From: Azolla caroliniana
Lineage: Eukaryota > Plantae > Polypodiophyta
Direction: 5' to 3'
Assembly (NCBI GenBank): GCA_043228905.1
Contig: JBHGNT010001010.1
Coordinates: 1 to 12,955 of the forward strand
DNA: 12,955 nucleotides
Both the position numbers and the translations under genes were made by a program. The first letter of the stretch is position 1. Each line of letters starts with the position of its first letter. Shown here piece after piece: positions 1 to 10,599 of the stretch. The notes beneath the pieces are model-generated. The model made no database searches, had not been told where the DNA came from, and saw nothing but the letters and a program-made list of their open reading frames with translations.

Positions 1-185
1 AATGAGAGGGATGATATACCCCAGACAACATATTGAGTCTCTTCTCTAGAATTGCCCGGAACAAGACCACAGTCCTGATTCAGTATAGGATAGTTATTGA
101 ATTTGAAAGAGAATTTAGGGTTTCCTGAGACGACACGGGCATCATCATGCCTCTGTGTCGATGAAGGGGCCATGAAGCGTAACAT
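1..185 (-). CDS. Putative N-terminus of an unidentified protein-coding gene; ORF runs off the window edge (MLRFMAPSSTQRHDDARVVSGNPKFSFKFNNYPILNQDCGLVPGNSREETQYVVWGISSLS...)
   Basis: ATG at 185-183 opens a frame with no stop to position 1. It lies downstream of a TATA-like motif and a CT-rich leader. No family motif recognised; it could instead be part of a long 5' leader. Confidence 0.4.
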   Translation of the reverse strand, partial: MLRFMAPSSTQRHDDARVVSGNPKFSFKFNNYPILNQDCGLVPGNSREETQYVVWGISSLS

Positions 186-212
186 TGGCGCAACAATTGT
201 TTTTAAGAATGC

Positions 213-359
213 TTAATCCGTGATCCCTCTGTGATATAATTGTAGCTTTAAGCGTCTCCACATCACAAGCTTTGCAGAGGCGGGGAGTATATTCTCAACT
301 AGAGGATGAAAGCTAAGGTCAGATGAAACGGAATGAGGCAAAAAGCTCATAAGAACCAT
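213..359 (-). other. 48-aa upstream ORF (MVLMSFLPHSVSSDLSFHPLVENILPASAKLVMWRRLKLQLYHRGITD*) in frame with the ATG at 185
   Basis: Hand translation: ATG 359-357, TAA 215-213. Same frame as ATG 440 and ATG 185. Confidence 0.4.
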
Positions 360-439
360 AGCCACAGGTAGAGAAAAGGAAAGATTCAGGGAAATTAGGG
401 TTCAAAGCGATGTGGGCGATATTGCCATAGCCAAAGCCA

Positions 440-595
440 TAGCTACAGCCACAGAGACAAAGAAAAGGGGGAGAAGAAGGAGAAGAGGATGAAGATAAAG
501 ATGAGATGATTCTTCTTCTTCTTCTTTTCTAGAAGAAATGAAATAGTTTTTTAAACTAAAGAAGACATGGTGAGCTTATCCACAACTTTATAAAT
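440..595 (-). promoter_or_regulatory. Putative core promoter / 5' UTR of the left gene
   Basis: TATAAA on the minus strand at 592-587; pyrimidine-rich (CTT/CT) tract on the minus strand ~460-505. Telo-box-like AACCCTAA at 402-395 and AAACCCTAA at 123-115 lie further downstream. Confidence 0.4.
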
Positions 596-655
596 GCAGA
601 TAATTTCTGTGTGTACAAACAAACACATACCATGCTATTCATGTGTCTGCCTTAC

Positions 656-695
656 CATACATACATACATACATACATACATACATACATACATA
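656..695. repeat. (CATA)10 microsatellite
   Basis: Perfect tetranucleotide repeat read directly. Confidence 0.95.
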
Positions 696-706
696 ACACA
701 CCATAT

Positions 707-729
707 GATAGATAGATAGATAGATAGAT
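707..729. repeat. (GATA)5+ microsatellite
   Basis: gatagatagatagatagatagat read directly. Confidence 0.9.
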
Positions 730-2733
730 CATACACTCTTTTAACTACCCCTTATAGGAGTCTCCTCCTACCTTCCTTCATTCACCTTCCGAGAAGCTTC
801 TCGCGCTTGGTTCGGATTTGCACTCATTGGTCGCCTTACCATTTATACCCGAATTCTCGTCATTCGTATACCGAAATTGTTCTCCTACGAGCTCCGCTTG
901 GAAAGATCTCAATGAGAGGATTTCGAAATTCCAAAGGAACCCTCCGTTTTCGGGTCGTGATGAGATAGATCATATAGTCATGACCTGACCTCTACGCTGT
1001 CAACACTAGCCCAGCATGTTCCCAATTGCCTCATCTTCCCTAATTGTTTCCAGAGAATCATTCAAGAATGTTGGGTGGCCTAAGGTTAGTTCCCTTAAAT
1101 GAAATGAGTTGTATGTTTAAAACACCCAAGATTGAGGCCAAAATTGTGCTCATGAATGATCTTTGCAAAAGAGGTGTTAACCAAAACTCATCAATACAAT
1201 GGTTTTACCATTGTGGGTTTGTTATCCCACCAAGATGAGAGCAAGCAAATTTGTACTTGGGTTCCAAACGTTTTTTCACATGGTGCAAATTTGTTCTTAG
1301 GAGGCTCTCTAATCATCATTACAATAGAGGAGTTATAATGAGCCAGAAGAGAGGGAGTTGGTTATGTTTGATGATGGAGTTGGGCGATTCCTTCTTTGTG
1401 AGTTGGCTATTCTTTCATATCATAAGTTCCAACAAGAGCATGCTTTTGCTAGATCAACACGTTTATGCTTAATGGAATTGCATATCATGTTGACAACCAC
1501 AATTTTTTACATTATGACACATCAACTTACATGGCTCACTTGTCTCGCAAGCTTGTCATCGTCAAACGCACCTCACAATCTAGAGATGATCATTGTTGAC
1601 CAATTGTTTACTATCTCCCTAGTTGGTAGGATTGATATCTAGAGTCGGATAACATTGGCATTTTGGGAATTTTACTTTATGTTTTAAGAAATGTTTAATT
1701 TTCTTATTAAACAATTAACATGTGTGTAATAATTATCGATCAACATATGGATGATGGATGTGGGAGCCATGACAATGGTTGTGCATGGATGGATCATTGA
1801 TATTTAGAAGTTTTATGATCAAGGGTGGTTCGGAGGAAATGACTAGGTTCAATGTACCCAGTGCTAAAATTAAGAGCATACATTCACACTTCATCAAGAA
1901 ATATGAGGGCTTGTAAGAAAGTCTATGTATGAAATTGTATACTTTTGTATTGAGGGAAAATGGTGTTTTTTATGGTAGATACTTTAAGTTGCGCTCAACA
2001 GGAGACCTTGGATTTCGACATTCTTTTGAAAGCAATTGGTGAGACGCTCCTAGAATTTCAATCCATGGGCAATTTGGAGCTTGAATAAAACAACATTCTT
2101 TGGAGGGCATATAAAACCACAACTTTTTTTTTAAGGTTCTAAAATTTCCACCTGTCTTAACACATATATATGAGTGAGGAATCAAGCCATAAACGGGAAT
2201 GATTCAAACCCAACCTCGAGTTTAGAGATAGTGTATGCATGTGCAATGCAAAGATCATATTTTAATTGTTTACTTCATTATAATAAGACATGAAATAACA
2301 ATGATTAATGGAGTGATTGTAGGTATCAATTCAATTTTTTGATAATAGATGGAGAGAAAGGTAGATGAAGCCATACTTGAGCTGGTTGTGTGACATCGAG
2401 ATAGACATTGTGAGATCATTATTAGTTCACTACATTCATCTCAAGGCACATTAGAGTATGAGGTTCCTAATAGTAGGTTTCGTACCTTGTTGTACTTTGA
2501 TGCCATAATAAACATTGGCAAGAAGTTTACATAGAACCGTATGATATACAAAAACTGTAATTTGGCTTATCTTTTATACTTTAAAGGTAATTATAGGCCA
2601 CACATTACACCGAGACATGTGCTTGTACTTTAGAAGTGTCTAACATCTACGGGCCTTTGAGGTTATTCCACGTTACTTACATAGGATTACCTTTGTCCGT
2701 ACATTTAAAACTGGCTCATATCTAACATGCCCC

Positions 2734-2856
2734 TATACAATATCTTTTCTTGTACTAGTTTATTTTAGTTAACGTATGCAATATATTTTCTTGCCCTAGT
2801 TTATTTTGGTTAACATATACAATATATTGTCTTGTCCCAATTTATTTTAGTTAACA
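2734..2856. repeat. Minisatellite, 3 x 41 bp
   Basis: Units 2734-2774 tatacaatatcttttcttgtactagtttattttagttaacg; 2775-2815 tatgcaatatattttcttgccctagtttattttggttaaca; 2816-2856 tatacaatatattgtcttgtcccaatttattttagttaaca. Confidence 0.92.
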
Positions 2857-3367
2857 TTACAATGAGAACTGTACATGAAGACCTTGCCTAGAAGGTTTGA
2901 TAGAGGCTTGGCCTACAATATACTTATACAAACACTATCATAGACTACCTAGATTTGGATGCTCTTCACGTCAGCATCGTCACCTCCTCCATCTTTAGCA
3001 TGTGCCATCTATATATAGTATGGTTAGTCTTTACTACTCAAAGTCAACAATCACAACTAGCTTTGAGGAGGATAACAATTACTAGTTACGATGGTGGATG
3101 ATTCGTCCAACATTTGAAGAATGTAGTACTCAATCAAAAGATGATTTATCTGTTCACCACATTACAAACTTAAGGTTGTACTCTCTCATACATTCATCAT
3201 AAACATACAATTTAAGTAAGAACGTGTTGCTATTTAATGTTGTATTCAGATACGATGATTTAATCTCTACTTTGTGATGGTTTAAAATTGTAATATATGT
3301 TGTATTTAGTTTAAAAATGTATGTTTCTTTAAGGTATGAAGAGGCATAGGGATAGTGACTTATAGAT

Positions 3368-3510
3368 GTCTATCTATCTATCTATTCAATTTCCATGGAA
3401 GACCGATTGTGATCTATGAAATGGGGCCTAGCACATGGTAAGGATTGAACTTGGGTTTTCTCAATTTAAACCACCAAGCCAACAACCAAAGAGAGAAAAA
3501 AACTCCTCAC
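3368..3510 (-). mobile_element. Degenerate tRNA-derived SINE-like element with (TAGA)n tail
   Basis: Minus strand: box-A-like TGGCTTGGTGG (3481-3471), box B GTTCAATCC (3450-3442), a short body, then tagatagatagataga ending ~3368. Pol III internal boxes plus a simple-repeat tail is the standard SINE layout. Confidence 0.5.
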
Positions 3511-3529
3511 TAGTTGGTAATGGTTAATC

Positions 3530-4800
3530 ATTCCATACAGACTTTATTGATAATAAAAAAATCCCTAGACGCTTTTAGAGTAATCAATATTCCATTCCTC
3601 AAGCATTAGAGATGCTAATCGTCTTTATGCCATAGACATTGCTTTTGTGAAATATTTGGGTCTTGACTCTTGACACTTACTTTCCATGATATCTAAGACA
3701 TTTTATGAGGAAGATAGTTTTGACTTTGCGGACATCTTTACAATGTATTCGCTCTAGATGATCTATGCATAGTTCAAATAGGTTAGAGGGGAAATCCTTT
3801 CTCGACGTCAATGTCACTTGAGAGTGTTTCCAATATCCCATCTCCCGTGCTTTCTTAGCCTAGAGCCTTCTTATAGAGCTTTGATATCACTATCCATGTA
3901 CTCACAAGGCAGTTTTAGCTTGTTTATCTTTTTAAACATATTTTCTCGTGCAATCTCACCAAATTTTTTCTTGACGTCTAAAAAACCTAAATAGAGGTAT
4001 TTGCTATTAGGTCACTTTTGTCTCCCTTTCTTGCATACGGGAAACAAATTTGGATTTCAAACGGATGAAATTAAAACTTTCAACATGTTCCCCAAAAGTC
4101 TATTAAGAAAGTAGAATTGTTAACAAGGAGTTGGATGCAAGACGAGTAAATGGAACCCAAAACATTACCACTTAATTATACCTACATAGATGAACCCCCA
4201 AGTTCAAAGCAAGAAATAACCACTATAATTCGACACTTCTTAGTGCGTCATCCACATATATTTAGTAAAACGAATAGAGCTAAATTCAACTTAAAATAAT
4301 TACATGTTTTGTCAATGCAATTGAAGTCTGCAAATCATGATTGGCAACCCAACTACCATCATTGGTTGCAATTGTATCTCATAAGTATAACTCATTTCTC
4401 TCATGCTTTTCTTTATTGAACATCCAAACATTATCTTAGCGGATGGAAGTTTTGTTCTTTGGAAACAAATATTGGACTTCTTATAAAACTTTGAATGGAT
4501 TGGGTGTTTTCTTATTTTCTTTGGATGGTCTCTCATCCCAATAATCTTGCACACATTTTCTAATGAATGCATCAACACCATTTGTGCAGTATCAATTCAC
4601 CTTAACAAATATGTGTGAATACTTTTACAAATGCCATGACTCTTGTATATGAGTAAAACAAATCATTTACAATTTTATTCAAATACTTATCTTTACTCTT
4701 GTGATTCCTTTCAAGAAACCTCTTGCAAATATAGGTTTCTTTGAAGTGACGCTCTACCAACCTTAAAGAATATACTAGCATTGTAAGAGCATAATTTCTA
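3530..4800 (-). mobile_element. Degraded non-LTR retrotransposon (RTE-like LINE) ORF2, linker plus reverse transcriptase
   Basis: Minus-strand translation with frameshifts and stops gives ordered RT motifs: LFPVCKKG/DKSD (cf. IxPIFKKGDKxD, ~4047-4010); LYLGFLDVKKKFGEIARENMFKKI..IKAL (cf. FVDFKKAFDTVPR, ~4000-3875); SSDIDVEKGFPL*P/LFELCIDHLE (cf. GVKQGCPLSPTLFGLCID, ~3825-3752); later VKTQIFH and KRLGIF (cf. KTKVMIF, KYLG). The YADD region seems deleted. The upstream boundary is approximate. Confidence 0.75.
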
Positions 4801-5149
4801 GCTAGCTTCTTTGAAAAGTCACCAACTATTGGTGGATATGATTAGGATGTGACCAAGTTGAAAAGTTGACCTTTAGTGTCTTAAATACATTGTACTTTAC
4901 AAGCATGTACTAGAAAAAGTATGTGGAATTGTTGTTTACTCTAATTGCATTGCGAGGTTGTAAATACAACAGATGTGGAATGGGTTAGCCATGGGAAGAA
5001 GATTTTTGTTGATTACTTTGACATTGAGATTTAGATCATTGAGGAATTTGGGATATGTGAGGAAAATATTTATCTCGACTTTTCTATATGCACAATGGCA
5101 CTTGCAACCAAATGCAAATACAATTAATAAGTAGGATGATCATGCATTG

Positions 5150-6380
5150 CTTTTGTCATCAATTCTAGAGAAGACTGCTCTCTCTTGGGTCCCTACAAAA
5201 ATGACTTTCGACACTGCTTTCCTTGAATGCAAGCCGCTTTAATTAGTCATGTTGACAAGTCATGCAACGATCCATGGGCTTTTTTTAACGATACAAGAAA
5301 CTCAAGTAAGTAAATTCCCTACACCATAATTTGCATATGATACACTAACACTAGTTCATGACTAATGGGTAACCTTGAACAAAATTTCCTCATCTTTTTA
5401 CAAACCCATGTAATGTTGTGGGTTTTCACACTTAACTTGTAACAAATTTGCCAACTAGATATTTATAGTAGACTCTAGTAGATTTTGACAATTAGAAGTA
5501 CATCTTCTGAGCACTTTGTTTTTGACACACTTGAGATATTCCTTACATATCGATCCATTTCCCTCTGACAAACATATATGGTTGTTTCTCCCTATGACAT
5601 ATATACCTTCAACATCATTTAAGTTGTAGAATAAACATTGTTTGAGTTATCTCATGTACAAGCTTGCTCTTATTACCTAGAGTATGTGTTTGTCCTAACA
5701 CATGACCAAATGTTTTTGGCGCTCGAGGACCTTACACTATCCTCTTCCTCCTCTAAGCATATCTCCAGTCTCATCTTCAACCAAAGGCGAGGAAGCCTTC
5801 TAGGGTGGTTCCAAGCGAAACACATTAGCCTCTCGTCTTCTCACATTGCAACCTTGAGCCATGTGTCCTAATTTAGCAAATTTGTGGTACCTTACCTTAA
5901 GGAAAGGTTTTTTCTCTTTCTACCCTTGTCTATATCCCATTGAGTAGAGAATGTAGAATCCATTATCCATTCTCAATAGCTAACATCCACTACTCGTCCT
6001 ATAGAAGTATTGCAAAAAAAGCCTCTAAGGATAGTTGAAACATCACATTTCGTGCCAACCCCAGGCTACACTTCACAAACCTAACTAGATACATTTGGTC
6101 TTGAAGAATTTTTTCCTCGCATTGCCTCCTCCCCTTCCATCAATTCATGCACAAGCCAATTAATCAAAGTCTTCATCATCATTCACTTCGGGTTTCTCCT
6201 TGTTTACATATCCTACTAATAATTTTTGTGTACCCACTCATAATGCATTATCAATGCTAAGCAATGTTTTCATCTACTTCACGCTCTTTTCATGGTATAA
6301 TGAATAACAAATAATTGATTAGTTAGAGACTTATACAATCTCATAACAACATCATATCTCCCCAATATTAAAATGTTCAA
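5150..6380 (-). mobile_element. Degraded Ty1/copia LTR retrotransposon gag-pol relic (gag, zinc knuckle, protease, GAG-pre-integrase)
   Basis: Ordered minus-strand motifs: DVVMRLYKSL (gag-like, ~6355); VRYHKFAKLGHMAQGC..EANV (decayed CX2CX4HX4C, ~5895-5820); RASLYM..LFYNLNDVEGIYVIG..EGNGSI (protease region); EDVLLI..SLL (cf. DVLYVP..NLLS); CKLWCREFTYLSF (cf. LWHxRFGHLS, ~5335-5295); CMTCQHD*LKRLAFKES (cf. CxxCQxGKQxRLPF, ~5265-5215). Confidence 0.65.
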
Positions 6381-6502
6381 TGATAGTCAACATTGACAAA
6401 CTATAGTTGTACGCACTTTGTCCTTGTCTGAAGCGACTTCATCAAATAATAGGAACAATGGAAGGGGGTGATTCTAGGCAGCAATTCCAGTTGATTTTAA
6501 GC

Positions 6503-6529
6503 TAATAATAATAATTATTATTATTATTA
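6503..6529. repeat. (TAA)4(TTA)5 inverted microsatellite; perfect 24-bp palindrome at 6503-6526
   Basis: taataataataa|ttattattattatta read directly. Confidence 0.85.
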
Positions 6530-8209
6530 TAATGTGAGGTCATTGATTGTGGAAAACAAAATTGAAGAGTTGTATCAATATTTCATATAGTGTGATGGAT
6601 GTTGTGTGATGTGCAAGTAAAGACCATTCTTGTCAAACTTTTAATGTGAATAGTATGGATCTTTTGAAGGATAAACAAATGGAAAAAACACTTGACAAGG
6701 AGTTGTTGGTTCACATGGCAAAGAATGAAAAGTTGGACTATTGTTATGTTATGTGATTTAAGGAGCTCACTAGATTTGTCAATGGTAGTCTATCTTATCA
6801 AGTAGAAGAGCAAATCAATGCTCTGTTTGTTGAATGAATCCTTAAAACCAAGACAAGTGTCGTGTCTTTGTAATTGAAAGGAAACTCATGAACCAAAACC
6901 TTTATTTGTAGAAAGATGATACATATCATTGCATATGATCATTTTCATAGGGATAAAAAATTGTCTTATGGTACAAACGATGTTGTGTTGATAACATCTA
7001 TGACCATCATCATTTTGTACTTCATCAAGTCATCGAGAAGGCGAAAACTTTCTTTTACATTGTAAATCATCCTAAGTTTTGAACGTTTGTATGATACCGG
7101 CACACAAATGATCGAATGAATTGAGCACAAAAGCCTTTGGCACTTGAGCTTCATTCTAGCTCCACATCACCAATTTCAACACCCTTCTTGCATACAAGCA
7201 CCACTATCGACAATTAGATCCACCATTTGCAGTGTTTTTGATGTATTGCTAAAAAAGTAGTTGTCATTTCTTTCCTTGACCAAACATACATTTTCTTTCC
7301 TTAAACAATTTTGCGTTTTCAATTTCCTAAAGACGCAATCTAATAGAGAAGGCTTTCCTCATGAGTTTACATCATTTCTTAAATTGGTGATGGAACTGGC
7401 AAAAGGAAACCAAATTCATTCATTACTTGATCTAAAGAATGTTGTTAACATATATGCTATTACATCATACAATGAATTCATATTGATAGCTTCAGAAAAG
7501 TGTAGATTCAAAGTGTAATGAAAAGACATTGAATGTTCTTAGAATTTATTTGCTTATGTGTTCCATGGTGTTTAGAGATGTGAAATTTGTACAATTAGAG
7601 AGAAGACATGTAGTGGTGTTGAACAATTGGGCACTAAAGAAGCTTATTGGACCTTTCTGGCGACCAAATATACGGAGAAGTTCAGGGAACACCCATACGG
7701 TAAAGAGAAGTGAGTGCCACTATTTCGTATAGAGATGGTCCTCAAAATAATTGATGGAGACAATAAAAAGCGTACAAGAAGTTTCATACCTCTCACAAGG
7801 AGATGATTCACAACGAGGATCTTCAAATAAATAGGTTGTTACATGTGTTCTAGGTGTGGGCAATATGTAGGTCATAATCAAAAGCGTTCTAAGAACTCTA
7901 TAGTCAATTGAGTAGGATTGCAGATGCTTAATGACATGTATGGGCAATTATCCCATATCATAAATGGTACCCATACTACACTTCATTGTTCATCAAGTCC
8001 GACATTTGTATGTGTGCACAAGTCTGTGGACATGTTTACGTGTAAAGTGGGCATTTTGACAATTTACTCTACAAATTAACGAATAAATGAAACTATTTTG
8101 AAGGTTCTATCTCATTATAGAAGGAACTTTGATGATGTTTTCAAAGAGGAAAATACATAGTTATGTCTAATTTATTAGTGAATACTTTTTAAGGAAGGTT
8201 CCAGGAACA

Positions 8210-8225
8210 TCTCTCTCTCTCTCTC
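8210..8225. repeat. (TC)8 microsatellite
   Basis: Read directly. Confidence 0.85.
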
Positions 8226-9224
8226 GGTGAGACAAAGGGAGCATGATGTTTATTGATAAAGGGTAATTGTGGCATGGGGCTATTGCTGGAGGAGGTTGCA
8301 TATGGGTATGCTAGTTCCATGAGCCATCAAATTATTTTTTTTAAAGTGCTCTGAAATTTGTATGTTCGTAGATGATGCCTCTCCCCCGGTCCTAGGCTTT
8401 CTTTTAGATAAACTACTTTTTCATATGGATGTTACCATACACCATACATGACGTTTATACATGAATATGTACTTTCTTTATCCTTTTCTTATGCGATCCC
8501 TTCAAATAATGGATAGGAGGTGGTATCTTCACGTTTTGGGTCCATGGGTCAAGCCTCGAGAGCATGACAATAAATCTATATCATAATATATTCTTTGACC
8601 TAACTCTTGAGATTATCACCTTGCATGCAAATTTGTACAATATTGTGCAAAAAAGTTCTTGATAACTAATATTATTGGGTCAAATTTTCCTAATTGTGCC
8701 TTTTTGGAATAATAAATTAGACCTTCAAAAATATCTTGTAGCTAGATATCTTTATATACTATATAAGCTTATAACCATTTAACATGGTCACTAGTATCAT
8801 TGTTGTGAACATAAATGATGAGATACTCCAAATTACAAATAGTGTAACTTAGGACATTCATCTATGTTGTTGTGATCTTTTGGCTTTTTTTTACTCCGTT
8901 GGGATTATGATTCATCTTGTGTAGAATGAACTCATATCTTGTTTGGTTGCACGAAGCCCCACATCATTTGGTTGCAAATTCTTGCACCATTTGGTTGCCT
9001 CATATTATAACTTCCTGCATGGATTTGGAGGTGCCAAAATTACGACCTTGGTCATTTTAGAGTTTATTGGAACTCCTCCCTAGGTGGAGAGCTCATCAAG
9101 AGCCACAAGACTGATATATAGACTTCACATCTGGTCCCTTCGGTCCTTGTACATAGCTAGAACCTTACGAACATAGAGTTTATATCATATAAGAAAGGGT
9201 ACCTTTCCCTTAGACCATGATTAT

Positions 9225-9540
9225 GGTAGCAAAATGCTTTGGTATGCTATTAGGGCACATGACTATCATTGTATAATTTTGTTTTCACATTATCCACATT
9301 CTAATATTATGAAATCAAACATCTATATCTCAATACCTTATTATTGGGAAGAAAATATCACTTTGACTATCAATCTAGAACCTATCTTTTCTGTCTGCGC
9401 AAGTCCCTCAATCAAATACTTCAACAATGAAGTTGTGTTTCCTAGTTCAGTGGTTGTCATAAACTCCGCTTCCATAGTGAGAGAGCAACTAAAGAATCTA
9501 GGATAAACAATCCTCCCTCAAACTTTAAAGCATAGCCAAA
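9225..9540 (-). mobile_element. Ty1/copia RNase H domain relic
   Basis: Minus strand with frameshifts: GYALKFEGG..VALS/TMEAEFMTTTELG..LKYLIEGLAQ../IDSQSDIFF..IDV*FHNIRMW. This matches the copia RNase H pattern GYVFxFxGG..VALSTxEAEYxA..DSQSAI..HIDVRxHFIR. Confidence 0.8.
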
Positions 9541-10599
9541 TTGTTTTAAACGTAGAAAGAGAAAAGGATAGACTTCCATGAAATCAATTGTCTCTTGATT
9601 TTTTAAAGCATTGCTAATATTTTATCTACATTACTCGCATAATTAGAATCAACATATATAGTTACCTTCGTTGAATTTGAAAACATAATCAGTGGTGCAA
9701 ACATTTAAAAATTTACTTCATTACATTCCAACACCAATTTCTTAGTTTTTTCATGTATTTAATGACTACAACAACTAAATGTGAAATATATTTTATCTAG
9801 TACACACCATTGCATATGAATTAAGTTTCTATGAAATATGTTTGTCTTAGTTAAATAGATCATTACTAGATAAGAAACATAAGAAATGTCTCAATAAATA
9901 GATAATTGCTAAGTAAAAAAACATGTATATCGTAATTAATTAGAGTGATAAAGCTACATGAAAGAAAGTGGCTCGTAGTGGATGCAAAGGGGAGAGAATA
10001 ATGATCAAATGTCCTTTTTTATATGAGACTTCTTGCTTTTCTTATTAACGTTGAAAACCTTAAAGGTCCCTTCACGTTATGAGCCGACTATGCATTTGCT
10101 ACCTCATAGAGGGTACCTCCCCACAAATTACAACATGACCATGTTTTTTGTACATATACATGTGGCCTATGACCATTATATCCTAGATTGGAATATTAAG
10201 TCTTCAAGGTGGTTAAACTAAAGAATATGACACTATCTCCCTCTATAACATATAATGGACATCATATGGAATCTATATATATACGAGATTCAAGCCACGT
10301 GTGCATATTCATCTTCTATTGTTTGGCAACACTCTAAATACAAACAAAAATACGATGCTAATGAAACTTACCATCTTTCATATCTCATACAATTGCTCTA
10401 TTGCTCAACATGTAATCCTAAGTTCAAAGATGTGAAATTTATTTTTAGTAGCAAGGGGTAGTAAGCGGTAACATCAAGTTGGTGGACAAGCAAGAGACTA
10501 CATTGAATAATAAAGGGAGTCCACTAGATGTCTTGCATGAGTGTGGTGAACTTAAAATACAATTTCATGTTAACCCAAAAATAATGATGGTGGTGTGCT

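Noticed and set aside
213-404. Stops repaired by U-to-C RNA editing
   Set aside because: U-to-C editing is known from fern and hornwort organelles. This window has nuclear features (spliceosomal-type intron, TEs, TATA), so editing is not supported.
3430-3510. Functional tRNA gene
   Set aside because: Boxes A and B are present, but I cannot fold a cloverleaf or identify an anticodon arm. It fits a SINE head better.
5638-5871. 77-aa + strand ORF as a gene
   Set aside because: It is antisense to the copia gag/protease relic.
7095-7300. MuDR/MULE transposase N-terminal zinc finger (CR*WCLYARRV...F...HLC on the minus strand)
   Set aside because: Only one short motif, with stops; no DDE domain seen downstream. 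Suggestive but not enough to call.
9234-9506. 90-aa + strand ORF as a gene
   Set aside because: It is antisense to the copia RNase H relic.
10030-10250. LTR beginning after PPT-like agagggagatag|tgtca on the minus strand
   Set aside because: No matching CA end, second LTR or TSD identified.
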